A stretch of DNA of 64,000 nt from Macrostomum lignano (Eukaryota). Where the stretch lies: the NCBI GenBank assembly GCA_002269645.1, contig NIVC01002829.1, positions 1 to 64,000 on the forward strand, given 5' to 3'. The notes below the pieces were generated by a model. It searched no databases, was not told the origin of the DNA, and saw nothing but the letters and a program-made list of their open reading frames with translations. Below, piece after piece: positions 12,101 through 24,213 of this stretch; the stretch's first letter is position 1; each line of letters opens with the position of its first letter. The position numbers were made by a program, and so were the translations under genes.

Positions 12101-15052
12101 GAGACTCGACTCTGAACTGTCCTTGAGACTCGACTCTGAACTGTCCTTGAGACTCGACTCTGAACTGTCCTTGAGACTCAACTCTAAACTGTCCTTGAGA
12201 CTCGACTCTAAACTGTCCTTGAGACTTGACTCTGAACTGTCCTTGAGACTCGACTCTGAACTGTCCTTGAGACTTGACTCTAAACTGTCCTTGAGACTCG
12301 ACTCTAAACTGTCCTTGAGACTCGACTCTGAATTGTCCATGTGACTTGACTCTAAACTGTCCTTGCGACTCGACTCTAAACTGTCCTTGAGAATGGAATA
12401 AACTGGTTGAATATGAAGTATAAAGTGCCATTAGCAACGGTTTCAGAGTTGTCCTTCAGAATGGAATCTTAACTAGAGTCTAACGATATGACTAAGCTCC
12501 AAATCGCTCCAAATGAGTTTCCTCATCAGTTCCTCAATCCACAAATCCACAGGTGCTACTTGAGCTGAAAAACCGGCTGGCCGACGAACTCGGCGTCGAG
12601 TTCAACTCGGTGATGTGCAACCGGTACCGGGACGGAAAAGACAAAATCGGCTGGCACGCGGACGACGAGCCGAGCCTCGGCCGACACCCGGTCATCGCCT
12701 CGCTGTCGTTCGGCGAGACCCGTCGCTTCATGCTTCGGCGCCGGGACTGCCGAGTTCAAACGCTTCGCCCGCTGATTGGCGATCCGATCACCGTGCCGCT
12801 ACAGTCCGGCGACCTGCTGGTCATGCGCGGCTCCCTGCAGGAGGACTGGCTGCACTCTGTGCCGCCCGAGTACCATGACAAAGAGTCTAGGATTAACCTC
12901 ACGTTTAGGGTCATCGAGCACAGTCCCAACGAGCAGCTGTGTCTGAGGCCTGGGCCTGAGGACAATGAAAATAAGCAGGTTACTCTGTCTGCTCGGCCTG
13001 GACAGATGCAGGCCCAGCTCTGCTGCTACAGGTAATCTGAATCCCATTGTCCGCAAGATCCCTATCCCGAATTTCACAATCCACATCCCGAATCCCTCGA
13101 TACCTATCTCGAATCCCACGATCCCTATCAGAAATCCCACGATCCCCATCTCGAATTCCACGATCCCCATCCCAAATCCCTCGATCCCTATCCCGAATCC
13201 CTCGATCCCTATCCTGAATCCCTCGATCCCTATCCTGAATCTCTCGATCCCTATCCCGAATCCCACAATCCACATTCCGAATCCAATGATCCACATCCCG
13301 AATCATTTAACTCTCATCCCATAATCCGCATTTTCAGGTCCCTTATCGTGTCCAACTCTGGCCTCGTGGCCGAGGCGTCCGCCGCCCTCGACCGCCTGTC
13401 GTGGCGCAGCGCCGGCTCCTGCGATGTCGCCCAGCTCGACCTCGCCGCCTCCCAGCCGCAGGAGCTGTCGCCGCTCGCCCGTCTCGCCGTAGCCCTGGCC
13501 ACACTGACTGGCAACGCCCGATTAAAAGTCGGTGCCTACGCTCGGTTGGCCGCGGTTCGCCTCGATCACGGCTCCAAGCACCTGCCCTGGCGCGAGGCCA
13601 ACTTCGGTGATGGCGGCCCCTGCCAGACTGCGGAGACCTTCGTGGCTGGTAAGGTTTAGTCTTTATCTGTGTGACACGTTTCTGGTGTTACTACAACTGT
13701 CCCCGACAATTATTGAGGCATGTTACCGACGTCTGGCACGCGTCCCTGGCAATGATTTCGACATGTTTCTGATGTCCTAAATGTCCCCTGACAATGAGGC
13801 ATGTTCCCAATGTCTCACAAATGTCCCCTGACAATGAGGCATGTTCCCAATGTCTCACAAATGTCCCCTGACAATGCTTGTGGCATGTTCCCAATGTCTC
13901 ACAAATGTGCCCTGACAATGAGGCATGTTCCCAATGTCTCACAAATGTCCCCTGACAATGCTTGTGGCATGTTCCCAATGTCTCACAAATGTCCCCTGAC
14001 AATGCTTGTGGCATGTTCCCAATGTCTCACAAATGTGCCCTGACAATGAGGCATGTTCCCAATGTCTCAAAAATGTCCCCTGACAATGAGGCATGTTCCC
14101 AATGTCTCACAAATGTGCCCTGACAATGAGGCATGTTCCCAATGTCTCACAAATGTCCCCTGACAATGAGGCATGTTCCCAATGTCTCACAAATGTCCCC
14201 TGACAATGAGGCATGTTCCCAATGTCTCACAAATGTCCCCTGACAATGAGGCATGTTCCCAATGTCTCACAAATGTCCCCTGACAATGAGGCATGTTCCC
14301 AATGTCACACAAATGTCCCCTGACAATGCTTGTGGCATGTTCCCAATGTCTCACAAATGTCCCCTGACAATGAGGCATGTTCCCAATGTCTCACAAATGT
14401 CCCCTGACAATGAGGCATGTTCCCAATGTCTCACAAATGTCCCCTGACAATGAGGCATGTTCCCAATGTCTCACAAATGTCCCCTGACAATGAGGCATGT
14501 TCCCAATGTCTCACAAATGTCCCCTGACAATGCTTGTGGCATGTTCCCAATGTCTCACAAATGTGCCCTGACAATGAGGCATGTTCCCAATGTCTCACAA
14601 ATGTCCCCTGACAATGCTTGTGGCATGTTCTCAATGTCTGACGGGTGGTATGTATGCGACATGTTCCTGGTTTTTTTAAGATGCATTCAAATCTGCATAG
14701 TCAAAGATTTGCTTTATATTCATTTCTGGCTACTCGCTAGTAGCATTCTGTGATGCGTGTCGCCTTTTCGCCGTCTCCCGCAGTGCTGGCCCTTGGCGAC
14801 GCGAAGGCTTTGGCGCAGCGGCCACTGGAGATCGAGAAGCGGCTGAACAGCCCAGCCCAGGGCAACCTGAAGTCCGGCCAGATTTTCCTTCGGCCCGGCG
14901 ACGCGGTCACCCTGCTGCACGGCTTCGGCGCTGACTGGCGCTACCAGCTGGGCCGGGCTGGCCGCGCCGAGCCGCACGAGCCGGCGGTGTTTCTGTTCCT
15001 GACGCCGGACCAGCGGGACATCGGCTGCGTGCTGGCTGGGCTGGTCATCTGA
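9107..15052 (+). CDS. ALKBH3: Alpha-ketoglutarate-dependent dioxygenase ALKBH3-like, 4 exons (9107-9607, 12553-13031, 13338-13648, 14784-15052), 519 aa, with a C-terminal second degenerate AlkB-like domain
   Basis: Exons 1+2 join in phase 0 (CAG|GTGATG ... CACAG|GTG) to give WPQVLLELKNRL..FNSVMCNRYRDGKDKIGWHADDEPSLGRHPVIASLSFG..GDLLVMRG..WLHSVP..RINLTFR. This is the ALKBH3-type 2OG-Fe(II) core (HxD...H, RxxxxxR). Exons 3 and 4 join in phase 2 and phase 1; total 1560 nt, divisible by 3. Exons 3-4 are less certain than exons 1-2. Confidence 0.88.
9826..12390. repeat. 24-bp minisatellite CTGTCCTTGAGACTCGACTCTRAA filling ALKBH3 intron 1
   Basis: About 100 highly similar tandem units; source of the DSSESSLK/LSLRLDSE ORFs. 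Confidence 0.97.
13040..13320. repeat. 21-bp minisatellite (CCCGAATCCCTCGATCCCTAT) in ALKBH3 intron 2
   Basis: Tandem degenerate copies. Confidence 0.9.
13780..14630. repeat. 40/44-bp minisatellite (GTCCCCTGACAATGAGGCATGTTCCCAATGTCTCACAAAT) in ALKBH3 intron 3
   Basis: Tandem copies with a recurring 4-bp longer variant. Confidence 0.95.
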
Positions 15053-15299
15053 ATGCGGGGCTCTTGTCGGAATTTTATTTATTACTGTCTTTGGCTGCTG
15101 CTTGTGTCTTGTAGATAACTTTGACTGGAAATCACACTGTAGAGTATGTAACGCATTACGAATTTTTTTCAAGAGTATAATCTATCCTAGGAAATTATTC
15201 CCCATCATAAAAATCCCCCTGATGAAAATATTCCCAATTATGGAAATCCTATTTAAGAAAATAAGTTCATTCTGTAAACCCCATAGAGGAAAATATTCC

Positions 15300-15850
15300 C
15301 CATGGTAGAAATCCCACTGGGAATATAATCCCTATAATGGAAATCCCACTGGAAATCAAATCCCTATAATTAAAGTCCCACTGGGAATAGAATCCCTATA
15401 ATGATAATCCCATTGGGAATAAAATCCCTATAATGAAAATCCCATTGGGAATAAAATCCCTATAATGAAAATCCCATTGGGAATAGAATCCCTATAATGA
15501 AAATCCCATTGGGAATAAAATCCCTATAATGATAATCCCATTGGGAATAAAATCCCTATGATCCCATAATGATAATCCCACTGGAAATAGAATCACTAGA
15601 ATGAAAATCCCACTGGAAATAGAATTCCCTATAATGGAAATCCCACTGGGAATAAAATCCCTATAATGGAAATCCCACTGGGAATAAGATCCCTATAATG
15701 ATAATCCCACTGGGAATAGAATTCCCTATAATGATAATCCCATTGGGAATAGAATTCTCTATAATGAAAATCCCACTGGGAATAGAATTCTCTATAATGA
15801 AAATCCCATTGGGAATAGAATTCCCTATAATGAAAATCCCACTGGGGAAA
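15300..15850. repeat. 30-bp minisatellite (ATCCCAYTGGGAATARAATCCCTATAATGA) downstream of ALKBH3
   Basis: Tandem copies. Confidence 0.9.
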
Positions 15851-16389
15851 AATCAATCCCTAATCTGCAAAGGTCTCCATCAAGCAGATTTGTAATTTTC
15901 GCACTAAAAATCCCAATGTTAGCATAATGCAGTGCTGGAACTTTTAATTAGCACTCGCCTCTTGCATGTGGGAAGTGCATCATTTTATTAGCTGTTTTAT
16001 TTATTTCGCTAATCTGTGTTCCCAACAGACCAAGGGTCGCCTTCCTGAAGACCCGCGTGACTCTGAATTTTACATATATTACTCCTAATCATTAAAAGCG
16101 GAAGTCAGTTTATATAATTTATTGTAAACAGTTTTTACCTTTTTAATCATTTTTATTTAATATTGAATTCTTGTTTTGGAGTCAGTGAATTTTGTGTTGA
16201 GTTGTGTCTTGTACAGGTATTGCTGCTGCATGATTATTATGCTTAGTAAATGTGCTACAGATCCATATTATTTCATAAAAATTAAGACTTGAAATTATAT
16301 ATTGATATTTTTATCATGATAATGCTATGGATATAAGCACTTCCATAGAGAGTAGTGACTTTACCTACCTTGTCAAAATCCCCTCATGA

Positions 16390-17272
16390 TCATCCCTTTT
16401 GAGATTCCATCCAAGCTAAACCCTCCATCTGAGATCCCATCCAAGCTTAGCCTTCTTGAGATCCCATCCAAGCTAAGCCCCTCTGAGATCCCATCCAAGC
16501 TTAGCCTTCTTGAGATTCCATCCAAGCTAAACCCTCGATCTGAGATCTCATCCAAGCTAAACCCTCGATCTGAGATCCCATCCAACTCGATCTGAGATCC
16601 CATCCAAGCTAAATCCTCGATCTGAGATCCCATCTAAGCTAAGCCCCTCTGAGATCCCATCCAAGCTTAGCCTTCTTGAGATTCCATCCAAGCTAAGCCC
16701 TCGATCTGAGATCCCATCCAAGCTAAACCCTCGATCTGAGATCCCATCCAAGCTAAACCCTCGATCTGAGATCCCATCCAACTCAATCTGAGATCCCATC
16801 CAAGCTAAATCCTCGATCTGAGATCCCATCCAAGCTTAGCCTTCTTGAGATTCCATCCAAGCTAAGCCCTCGATCTGAGATCCCATCCAAGCTAAACCCT
16901 CGATCTGAGATCCCATCCAAGCTAAACCCTCGATCTGAGATCCCATCCAAGCTAAGCCCCTCTGAGATCCCATCCAAGCTTAGCCCCTCTGAGATCCCAT
17001 TCGAGATAATCCAATCTGAGATCCCATCCAGGCTAAACCCTCGATCTGAGATCCCACCAAGCTAAGCCCCTCTGAGATCCCATCCAGCCTAAGCCCCTCT
17101 GAGATCCCATCCAGCCTAAGCCTCTCTGAGATCCCATCCAGCCTAAGCCCCTCTGAGATCCCATCCAGCCTAAGCCCCTCTGAGATCCCATCCAGCCTAA
17201 GCCCCTCTGAGATCCCATCCAAGCTAAGCCCTTCTGAGATCCTATTTGAGATAATCCTCTCTGAGATCCCAT
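16390..17272. repeat. 27-30-bp minisatellite (GAGATCCCATCCAAGCTAAACCCTCGATCT) upstream of FLII
   Basis: Tandem copies. Confidence 0.93.
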
Positions 17273-17348
17273 CCTAGTGAGCCCCTTTTATATCTGCCTT
17301 CAGTCTTTCAATTCTTTCGCTCCGCCTTCCCTCTGCCGCAGACTCCCA

Positions 17349-20300
17349 ATGACGTCGCGCAGTGTCCTGCCGTATGTCCGCGGCATCGACCTGTCGGAGA
17401 CCAACGCCGGCAGTTACCGCCGTAGTCGCCGTCGTCAGCATCAACCTGACGCAGCCGCTGATGCCGACGGTCAAGAAGTTGACGCCGCTGTTGAAGACGA
17501 GGACCCGGCCGATGGCGACTTGCCAGCCGGCGTCGACCGCCTGGTCCGCCTGGAGTGGCTGTTTGCCAACTCGGCCGGCCTGCGGGTTGTCCCCGACCGG
17601 ATCGGCAAGCTGCAACGCTTGGAGCACCTGTCAGTCAATCGGAACCGGCTCACCCACCTGCACGGCGAATTGTGCACCGTGGCCTCGTTGAAGAGCTTGC
17701 ACGCCAGGCACAATGCCATCACCGCTGGCGGCATCCCGGATACTCTGTTTCAGACTGCAGATATGCAGGTAATCCACTAATCTGTATGGACAATCCACTA
17801 ATCCGTGTGTACAATCCACTAATCCGCATGTACAATCCACTAATCCGTGTGTACAATCCACTAATCTGTGTGTACAATCCACTAATCCGCATGTACAATC
17901 CACTAATCCGTGTGTAAAATCAGCTAATCCGTATCTGTTAAAAAACGCTAATCCCTATGAAGTCCCTAATCCCCACACGCTCATATATACCACCGACCCG
18001 CAGGTGGTTGACCTGAGCCACAACCGGCTCCGCTCATTTCCCACGGCCTTGGAGGGCAGCCGCTCCCTGATGGTGCTCAACTTAAGTCACAATCGTATCG
18101 AGCAGGTGCCTGTTGACCTGTTTGTGAACTGTACGGATCTGATGTACCTGGATTTGAGTCACAACGCTCTGCAGCAGGTGAAGAAATTACTTCAAATTGT
18201 TACTGATTATTCAAATTAGTTATTCAAGCTCCTTCTCTGTACAATCTGTTATTTAAAAACTCATTGTCGCTCCTATACTCATGACATCATATCGTGCACG
18301 CTCTACCCATAAGAATCGCCCTCTAACCATCAGAATTGCCATCTACCCATGAGAATTGCTATCTACTTATGAGAATCACCCTCTAACCCATGAGAATCAC
18401 CGTCTAACCCATGAGAATCGCCCTCTAACCCATGAGAATCGCCCTCTAACAAATGAGAATTACCTATGAGAATCACCGTTGCCCATCAGAATCGCCCTCT
18501 ACCGATCAGAATCGCCCTCTACCCATCGGAATTGCTATCTATCAATGAGAATCGCCCTCTACCCATGAGAATCGCCCTCTACCCATGAGAATCGCCCTCT
18601 ACCCATGAGAATCGCCCTCTACCCATGAGAATCGCCCTCTACCCATGAGAATCGCCCTCTACCCATTAGAATCGCCCTCTACCCATGAGAATCGCCCTCT
18701 ACCCATGAGAATCGCCCTCTACCCATGAGAATCGCCCTCTACCTATCAGATTTGCCATCTACCCTTGAGAATTGCTATCTACCCATGAGAATCGCCCTCT
18801 AACCCTTGAGAATCACTCTCTAACCCTTGAGAATCGCCCTCTGCACATGAGAGTCGCCCTCCACCTACACGTATAACAATCGCCCTTTAACTAACTCTTT
18901 CCCTTCACGATCCATACTGGTTCTCCCGTCCAGATTCCCGCTCAGCTTCGCCGCTGCATCAACCTTCGCAAGCTGGTTCTGTCCCAGAATCCCGAAATGA
19001 GTCATTCCCAGCTGCGCTCCATCATGGCGCTGAAGCAGCTGGAGATGCTGCATCTGGCCAACACTGGTCGAACTTTGAATAACTTTCCGGAATCGCTGGA
19101 GAAGCTAAGCAGATTGGTTGACCTTGACTTGTCCTCGAATGACCTGCCGGTGGTGCCGGAGGCGCTCTATCAGCTTCGGTCGCTTCGCCGGTTGAGCCTA
19201 TCCAGTAAGATGTCTACGGGAGAAACTCTGTTGACTGCTTGGTAATTCTAGGTACAATGCCTCACTCAGGTACTAGTGTGTCTATGCTAAAATACCCCAC
19301 TCAGCTACTAGTGTGTCTACGCTAAAATACCCCACTCAGCTACTAGTGTGTCTATGCTAAAATACCCCACTCAGCTACTAGTGTGTCTATGCTAAAATAC
19401 CCCACTCAGCTACTAGTGTGTCTATGCTAAAATACTCCACTCAGGTACTAGTGTGTCTATGGTAGAATACCCCACTCAGGTACTAGTGTGTCTATGGTAG
19501 AATACCCCACTCAGGTACTAGTGTGTCTATGGTAGAATACCCCACTCAGGTACTAGTGTGTCTATGGTAGAATACCCCACTCAGCTACTAGTGTGTCTAT
19601 GCTAAAATACCCAACTCAGGTACTAGTGTGTCTATGGTAGAATACCCCACTCAGGTACTAGTGTGTCTATGGTAGAATACCCCACTCGGGTACTAATGTC
19701 TATGGTAAAATCCCCCCCCCCCACTTAGTTACTAGTGTATGTGGGTAAATACCCCACTAAGCTGCTAGTATACCCATGGTAAAATACCCCTCGCTATAGG
19801 ATAAAATCCTTCTAAAATAAGCCTTCATAAAATTACTTAGAGTTCTATTGATTGCAACTGACAGGCACTGGCCTGAGCTCCCTGGACACCATGAGTAACA
19901 GCTGGCCGCAGCTAGAAGTCCTTGACGTATCGGAGAACAAACTGGAGCAGCTGCCGGCAGCGCTGTGCAAGCTGGCTAGCCTGCGCAAGCTGTACATCAG
20001 CGACAACCGGCTCAGCTTTGCCGGTATGCCTAAAAGCATTGGCAAGCTGGAACGGCTGGTTGTGCTCAATGCGGCCAACAATCTGCTGGAGAACATACCG
20101 GAGGGCCTGTGCAGATGCGGCCAGCTGCGCAGGCTGTACTTGTCTAATAACCGGCTTGTGACCCTGCCGGATGCCATCCACTATCTGAAGGAGACGCTGG
20201 ACGTGTTCGATGTAGCCAACAATCCGGACTTGGTGCTGCCGCCTAAGCCTGTGAGTTTGCGTTCTTTTGCGCCATTTCCGGCTGGGATGTCATGCCATTT

Positions 20301-23300
20301 CCGGCTGGGATGTCATGCAATTTCCGGCTGGGATGTCATGCCATTTCCGGCTGGGATGTCACGTCATTTCTGGCTGGGATGTCATGCAATTTCCGGCTGG
20401 GATGTCATGCCATTTCCGGCTGGGATGTCACGTCATTTCCGGCTGGGATGTCATGCCATTTCCGGCTGGGATGTCACGTCATTTCCGGCTGGGATGTCAT
20501 GCCATTTTCGGCTGGGATGTCATGCCATTTCCGTCTGAGATTTCATGCAATTTCCGGCTAGGATGTCATGCCATTTCTGGCTAGAATGTCATGCAATTTC
20601 CGGCTGGGATGTCATGCCATTTCCGGCTATGATGTCATGCAATTTCCGGCTGGGATGTCACGTCATTTCCGGCTGGGATGTCATGCCATTTCCGGCTGGG
20701 ATGTCACGTCATTTCCGGCTGGGATGTCATGCCATTTCCGTCTGGGATGTCATGCCATTTCCGTCTGGGATGTCACGTCATTTCTGGCTGGGATGTCATG
20801 CAATTTCCGGCTGGGATGTCATGCCATTTTCGGCTGGGATGTCATGCCATTTCCGTCTGAGATTTCATGCAATTTCCGGCTGGGATGTCATGCCATTTCT
20901 GGCTGGGATGTCATGCCATTTCTGGCTGGGATGTCATGCCATTTCCGTCTGGGATGTCACGTCATTTCTGGCTGGGATGTCATGCAATTTCCGGCTGGGA
21001 TGTCATGCCATTTTCGGCTGGGATGTCATGCCATTTCCGTCTGAGATTTCATGCAATTTCCGGCTGGGATGTCATGCCATTTCTGGCTGGGATGTCATGC
21101 CATTTCTGGCTGGGATGTCATGCCATTTCCGTCTGGGATGTCACGTCATTTCTGGCTGGGATGTCATGCAATTTCCGGCTGGGATGTCATGCCATTTCTG
21201 GCTGGGATGTCATGCCATTTCTGGCTGGGATGTCATGCCATTTCCGTCTGGGATGTCATGCAATTTCCGTCTGGGATGTCATGCCATTTCCGTCTGGGAT
21301 GTCATGCAATTTCCGTCTGGGATGTCATGCAATTTCCGGCTGGGATGTCATGCAATTTCCGGCTGGGATGTCATGCTATTTCTGCTAGTGGCCTTTCCGA
21401 ACCCAACATTTGCCGCTCTAGTTTCAATTTCAATCAATTTCATGCCCCAAAACCTCTCTATAACAGAAAGAGATACAGATCGGGGCCGGCAAGGCCTTTT
21501 ACAACCTGGACTTCTCCCTGGAGACGCACAAAAAGGCGGCCCTGCTCCGGTCCGGCAGCCCCCTGGCCGGCGAGCAGGCCACCCAGGCCGCCGCTGCCGC
21601 CGCCGCTCCCGGGCACGCCAAGCGCGACCAGGCGGCCCGCTGGCGCCGGCTGAAGCGGCGCGGCCGGGACAGCGGCAGCGAGTCCGGCGCCGGAGCCAGC
21701 GGTGACGACACGAGCAGCCGCAAAGTGCTGGACGGCATGCGCAAGGTGGCCCGGGCCAAGCAGACCCAGCAGTTCGAGGCTCAATCTGTGAAGTCGCGCA
21801 GCTGGAAGGACTCGCTTCGCAAGCCGGACTTGGACTACAGCGAGATATTCGACGAGCTGGTGGGCCAGATCCCCGGCCTGGAGGTCTGGGAGATCGACGA
21901 TCGGTACCCGCAGCCGGTGGAGAAGGACCTCATCGGCGTGTTCTTCCGCGGCGATTGCTACGTTGTACTGAACACCTTCCAGGCTCAGAATGGCAGCCTG
22001 GACTGGGCCATCTACTACTGGATCGGGTCCAGCGCCACCACCGACAAGCTGTTCTGCGCCTCCATGCACGCCGTGAATTTGCGCAACCTGCTGGGCGCCG
22101 AGTGCCGGACACAGAGAGAAGAGGAGGACGGGGAGAGCCCAGAGTTTCTGGCGCTGTTCGGCGGCAGCATACAGATTGTGGACGGGGAGCACTCCAACTC
22201 GGGACTGTTTCAGGTGAGCTGGGTGCACCTAGCCTGTTGTGTCTGGCCTCACCTAGCCTGTTGTGTCTGGCCTCACCTAGCCTGTTGTGTCCGGCCTCAC
22301 CTAGCCTGTTGTGTCCGGCCTCACCTAGCCTGTTGTGTCTGGCCTCACCTAGCCTGTTGTGTCTGGCCTCACCTAGCCTGTTGTGTCCGGCCTCACCTAG
22401 CCTGTTGTGTCCGGCCTCACCTAGCCTGTTGTGTCTGGCCTCACCTAGCCTGTTGTGTCTGGCCTCACCTAGCCTGTTGTGTCCGGCCTCACCTAGCCTG
22501 TTGTGTCTGGCCTCACCTAGCCTGTTGTGTCTGGCCTCACCTAGCCTGTTGTGTCTGGCCTCACCTAGCCTGTTGTGTCCGGCCTCACCTAGCCTGTTGT
22601 GTCCGGCCTCACCTAGCCTGTTGTGTCTGGCCTCACCTAGCCTGTTGTGTCTGGCCTCACCTAGCCTGTTGTGTCTGGCCTCACCTAGCCTGTTGTGTCC
22701 GGCCTCACCTAGCCTGTTGTGTCCGGCCTCACCTAGCCTGTTGTGTCCGACCTCACCTAGCCTGTTGTGTCCGGCCTCACCTAGCCTGTTGTGTCCGACC
22801 TCACCTAGCCTGTTGTGTCCGACCTCACCTAGCCTGTTGTGTCCGACCTCACCTAGCCTGTTGTGTCCGGCCTCACCTAGCCTGTTGTGTCCTTGTGTCC
22901 GGCCTCACCTAGCCTGATGTGTCTGGCCTCACCTAGCCTGTTGTGTCCGGCCTCACCTAGCCTGTTGTGTCTGGCCTCACCTAGCCTGTTGTGTCCGGCC
23001 TCACCTAGCCTGTTGTGTCTGGCCTCACCTAGCCTGTTGTGTCCGGCCTCACCTAGCCTGTTGTGTCCGGCCTCACCTAGCCTGATGTGTCCGGCCTCAC
23101 CTAGCCTGTTGTGTCCGGCCTCACCTAGCCTGATGTGTCCGGCCTCACCTAGCCTGTTGTGTCCGGCCTCACCTAGCCTGATGTGTCTGGCCTCACCTAG
23201 CCTGTTGTGTCCTTGTGTCCGGCCTCACCTAGCCTGATGTGTCTGGCCTCACCTAGCCTGTTGTGTCCGGCCTCACCTAGCCTGTTGTGTCTGGCCTCAC

Positions 23301-23925
23301 CTAGCCTGTTGTGTCCGGCCTCACCTAGCCTGATGTGTCCGGCCTCACCTAGCTGTAAGTTAAATCTAATTTTTTAAACAGACTGCACCCCCAACTCTTG
23401 CCTCCAGGTGATCGAAGAGCAGCCTCCATGCCGCCTGTACCGCCTATGCGGCGCCCAGACAGTTCGCCTACAGGCCGTCAGTCTGTCTCCGGACGAGCTC
23501 GACCCGAAATTCGTGTATCTGCTGGACGCCCAGACAATGCTGTTCGTGTGGGTTGGCGCCAGCGCCAAGCACATGACCGCCTCCAAGGCGCGCCTCATTG
23601 CCGACCGGATCCGCAAAAATGAGCGAAAGAATGCGGCTGAAGTTGTCAGCACCATGGAGGGCTTTGAGCCTGTCGAGTTCTGGACTGCGCTGGGCTGCGA
23701 GAAACCGGCTAGGGAGGAGGTGAGTGACGTACACTGCGATTGGCTGGCTAGGGAGGAGGTGGGTGACGTATACTGCGATTGGCTGGCTAGGGAGGAGGGT
23801 GACACTGTGATTGGCTGGCTAGGGAGGAGGGTGACACTGTGATTGGCTGGCTAGGGAGGAGGGTGACACTGTGATTGGCTGGCTAGGGAGGAGGTGGGTG
23901 ACGCTGCGATTGGCTTTTGTATGAC

Positions 23926-24018
<93 letters not shown>

Positions 24019-24122
24019 TAGTGTCTGTCTGTCTTAGTGCCTGTCTGTCTTAGTGCCTGTCTGCCTGTCTCAGTGTCTGTCTGTCGTCTGTCTTAGTGTC
24101 TGTCTGTCTTAGTGCCTGTCTT

Positions 24123-24213
<91 letters not shown>

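Noticed and set aside
9823-12437. Long ORFs (DSSESSLK / LSLRLDSE repeats, up to 518 aa) resembling DSPP or serine-rich adhesins
   Set aside because: They are translations of a 24-bp minisatellite (a multiple of 3, stop-free in several frames on both strands) that lies inside a phase-consistent ALKBH3 intron.
20267-23237. Cys/Trp-rich repeat ORFs ([25 protein letters not shown])
   Set aside because: They are intronic 23- and 24-bp arrays of FLII; excluding them restores the conserved protein.
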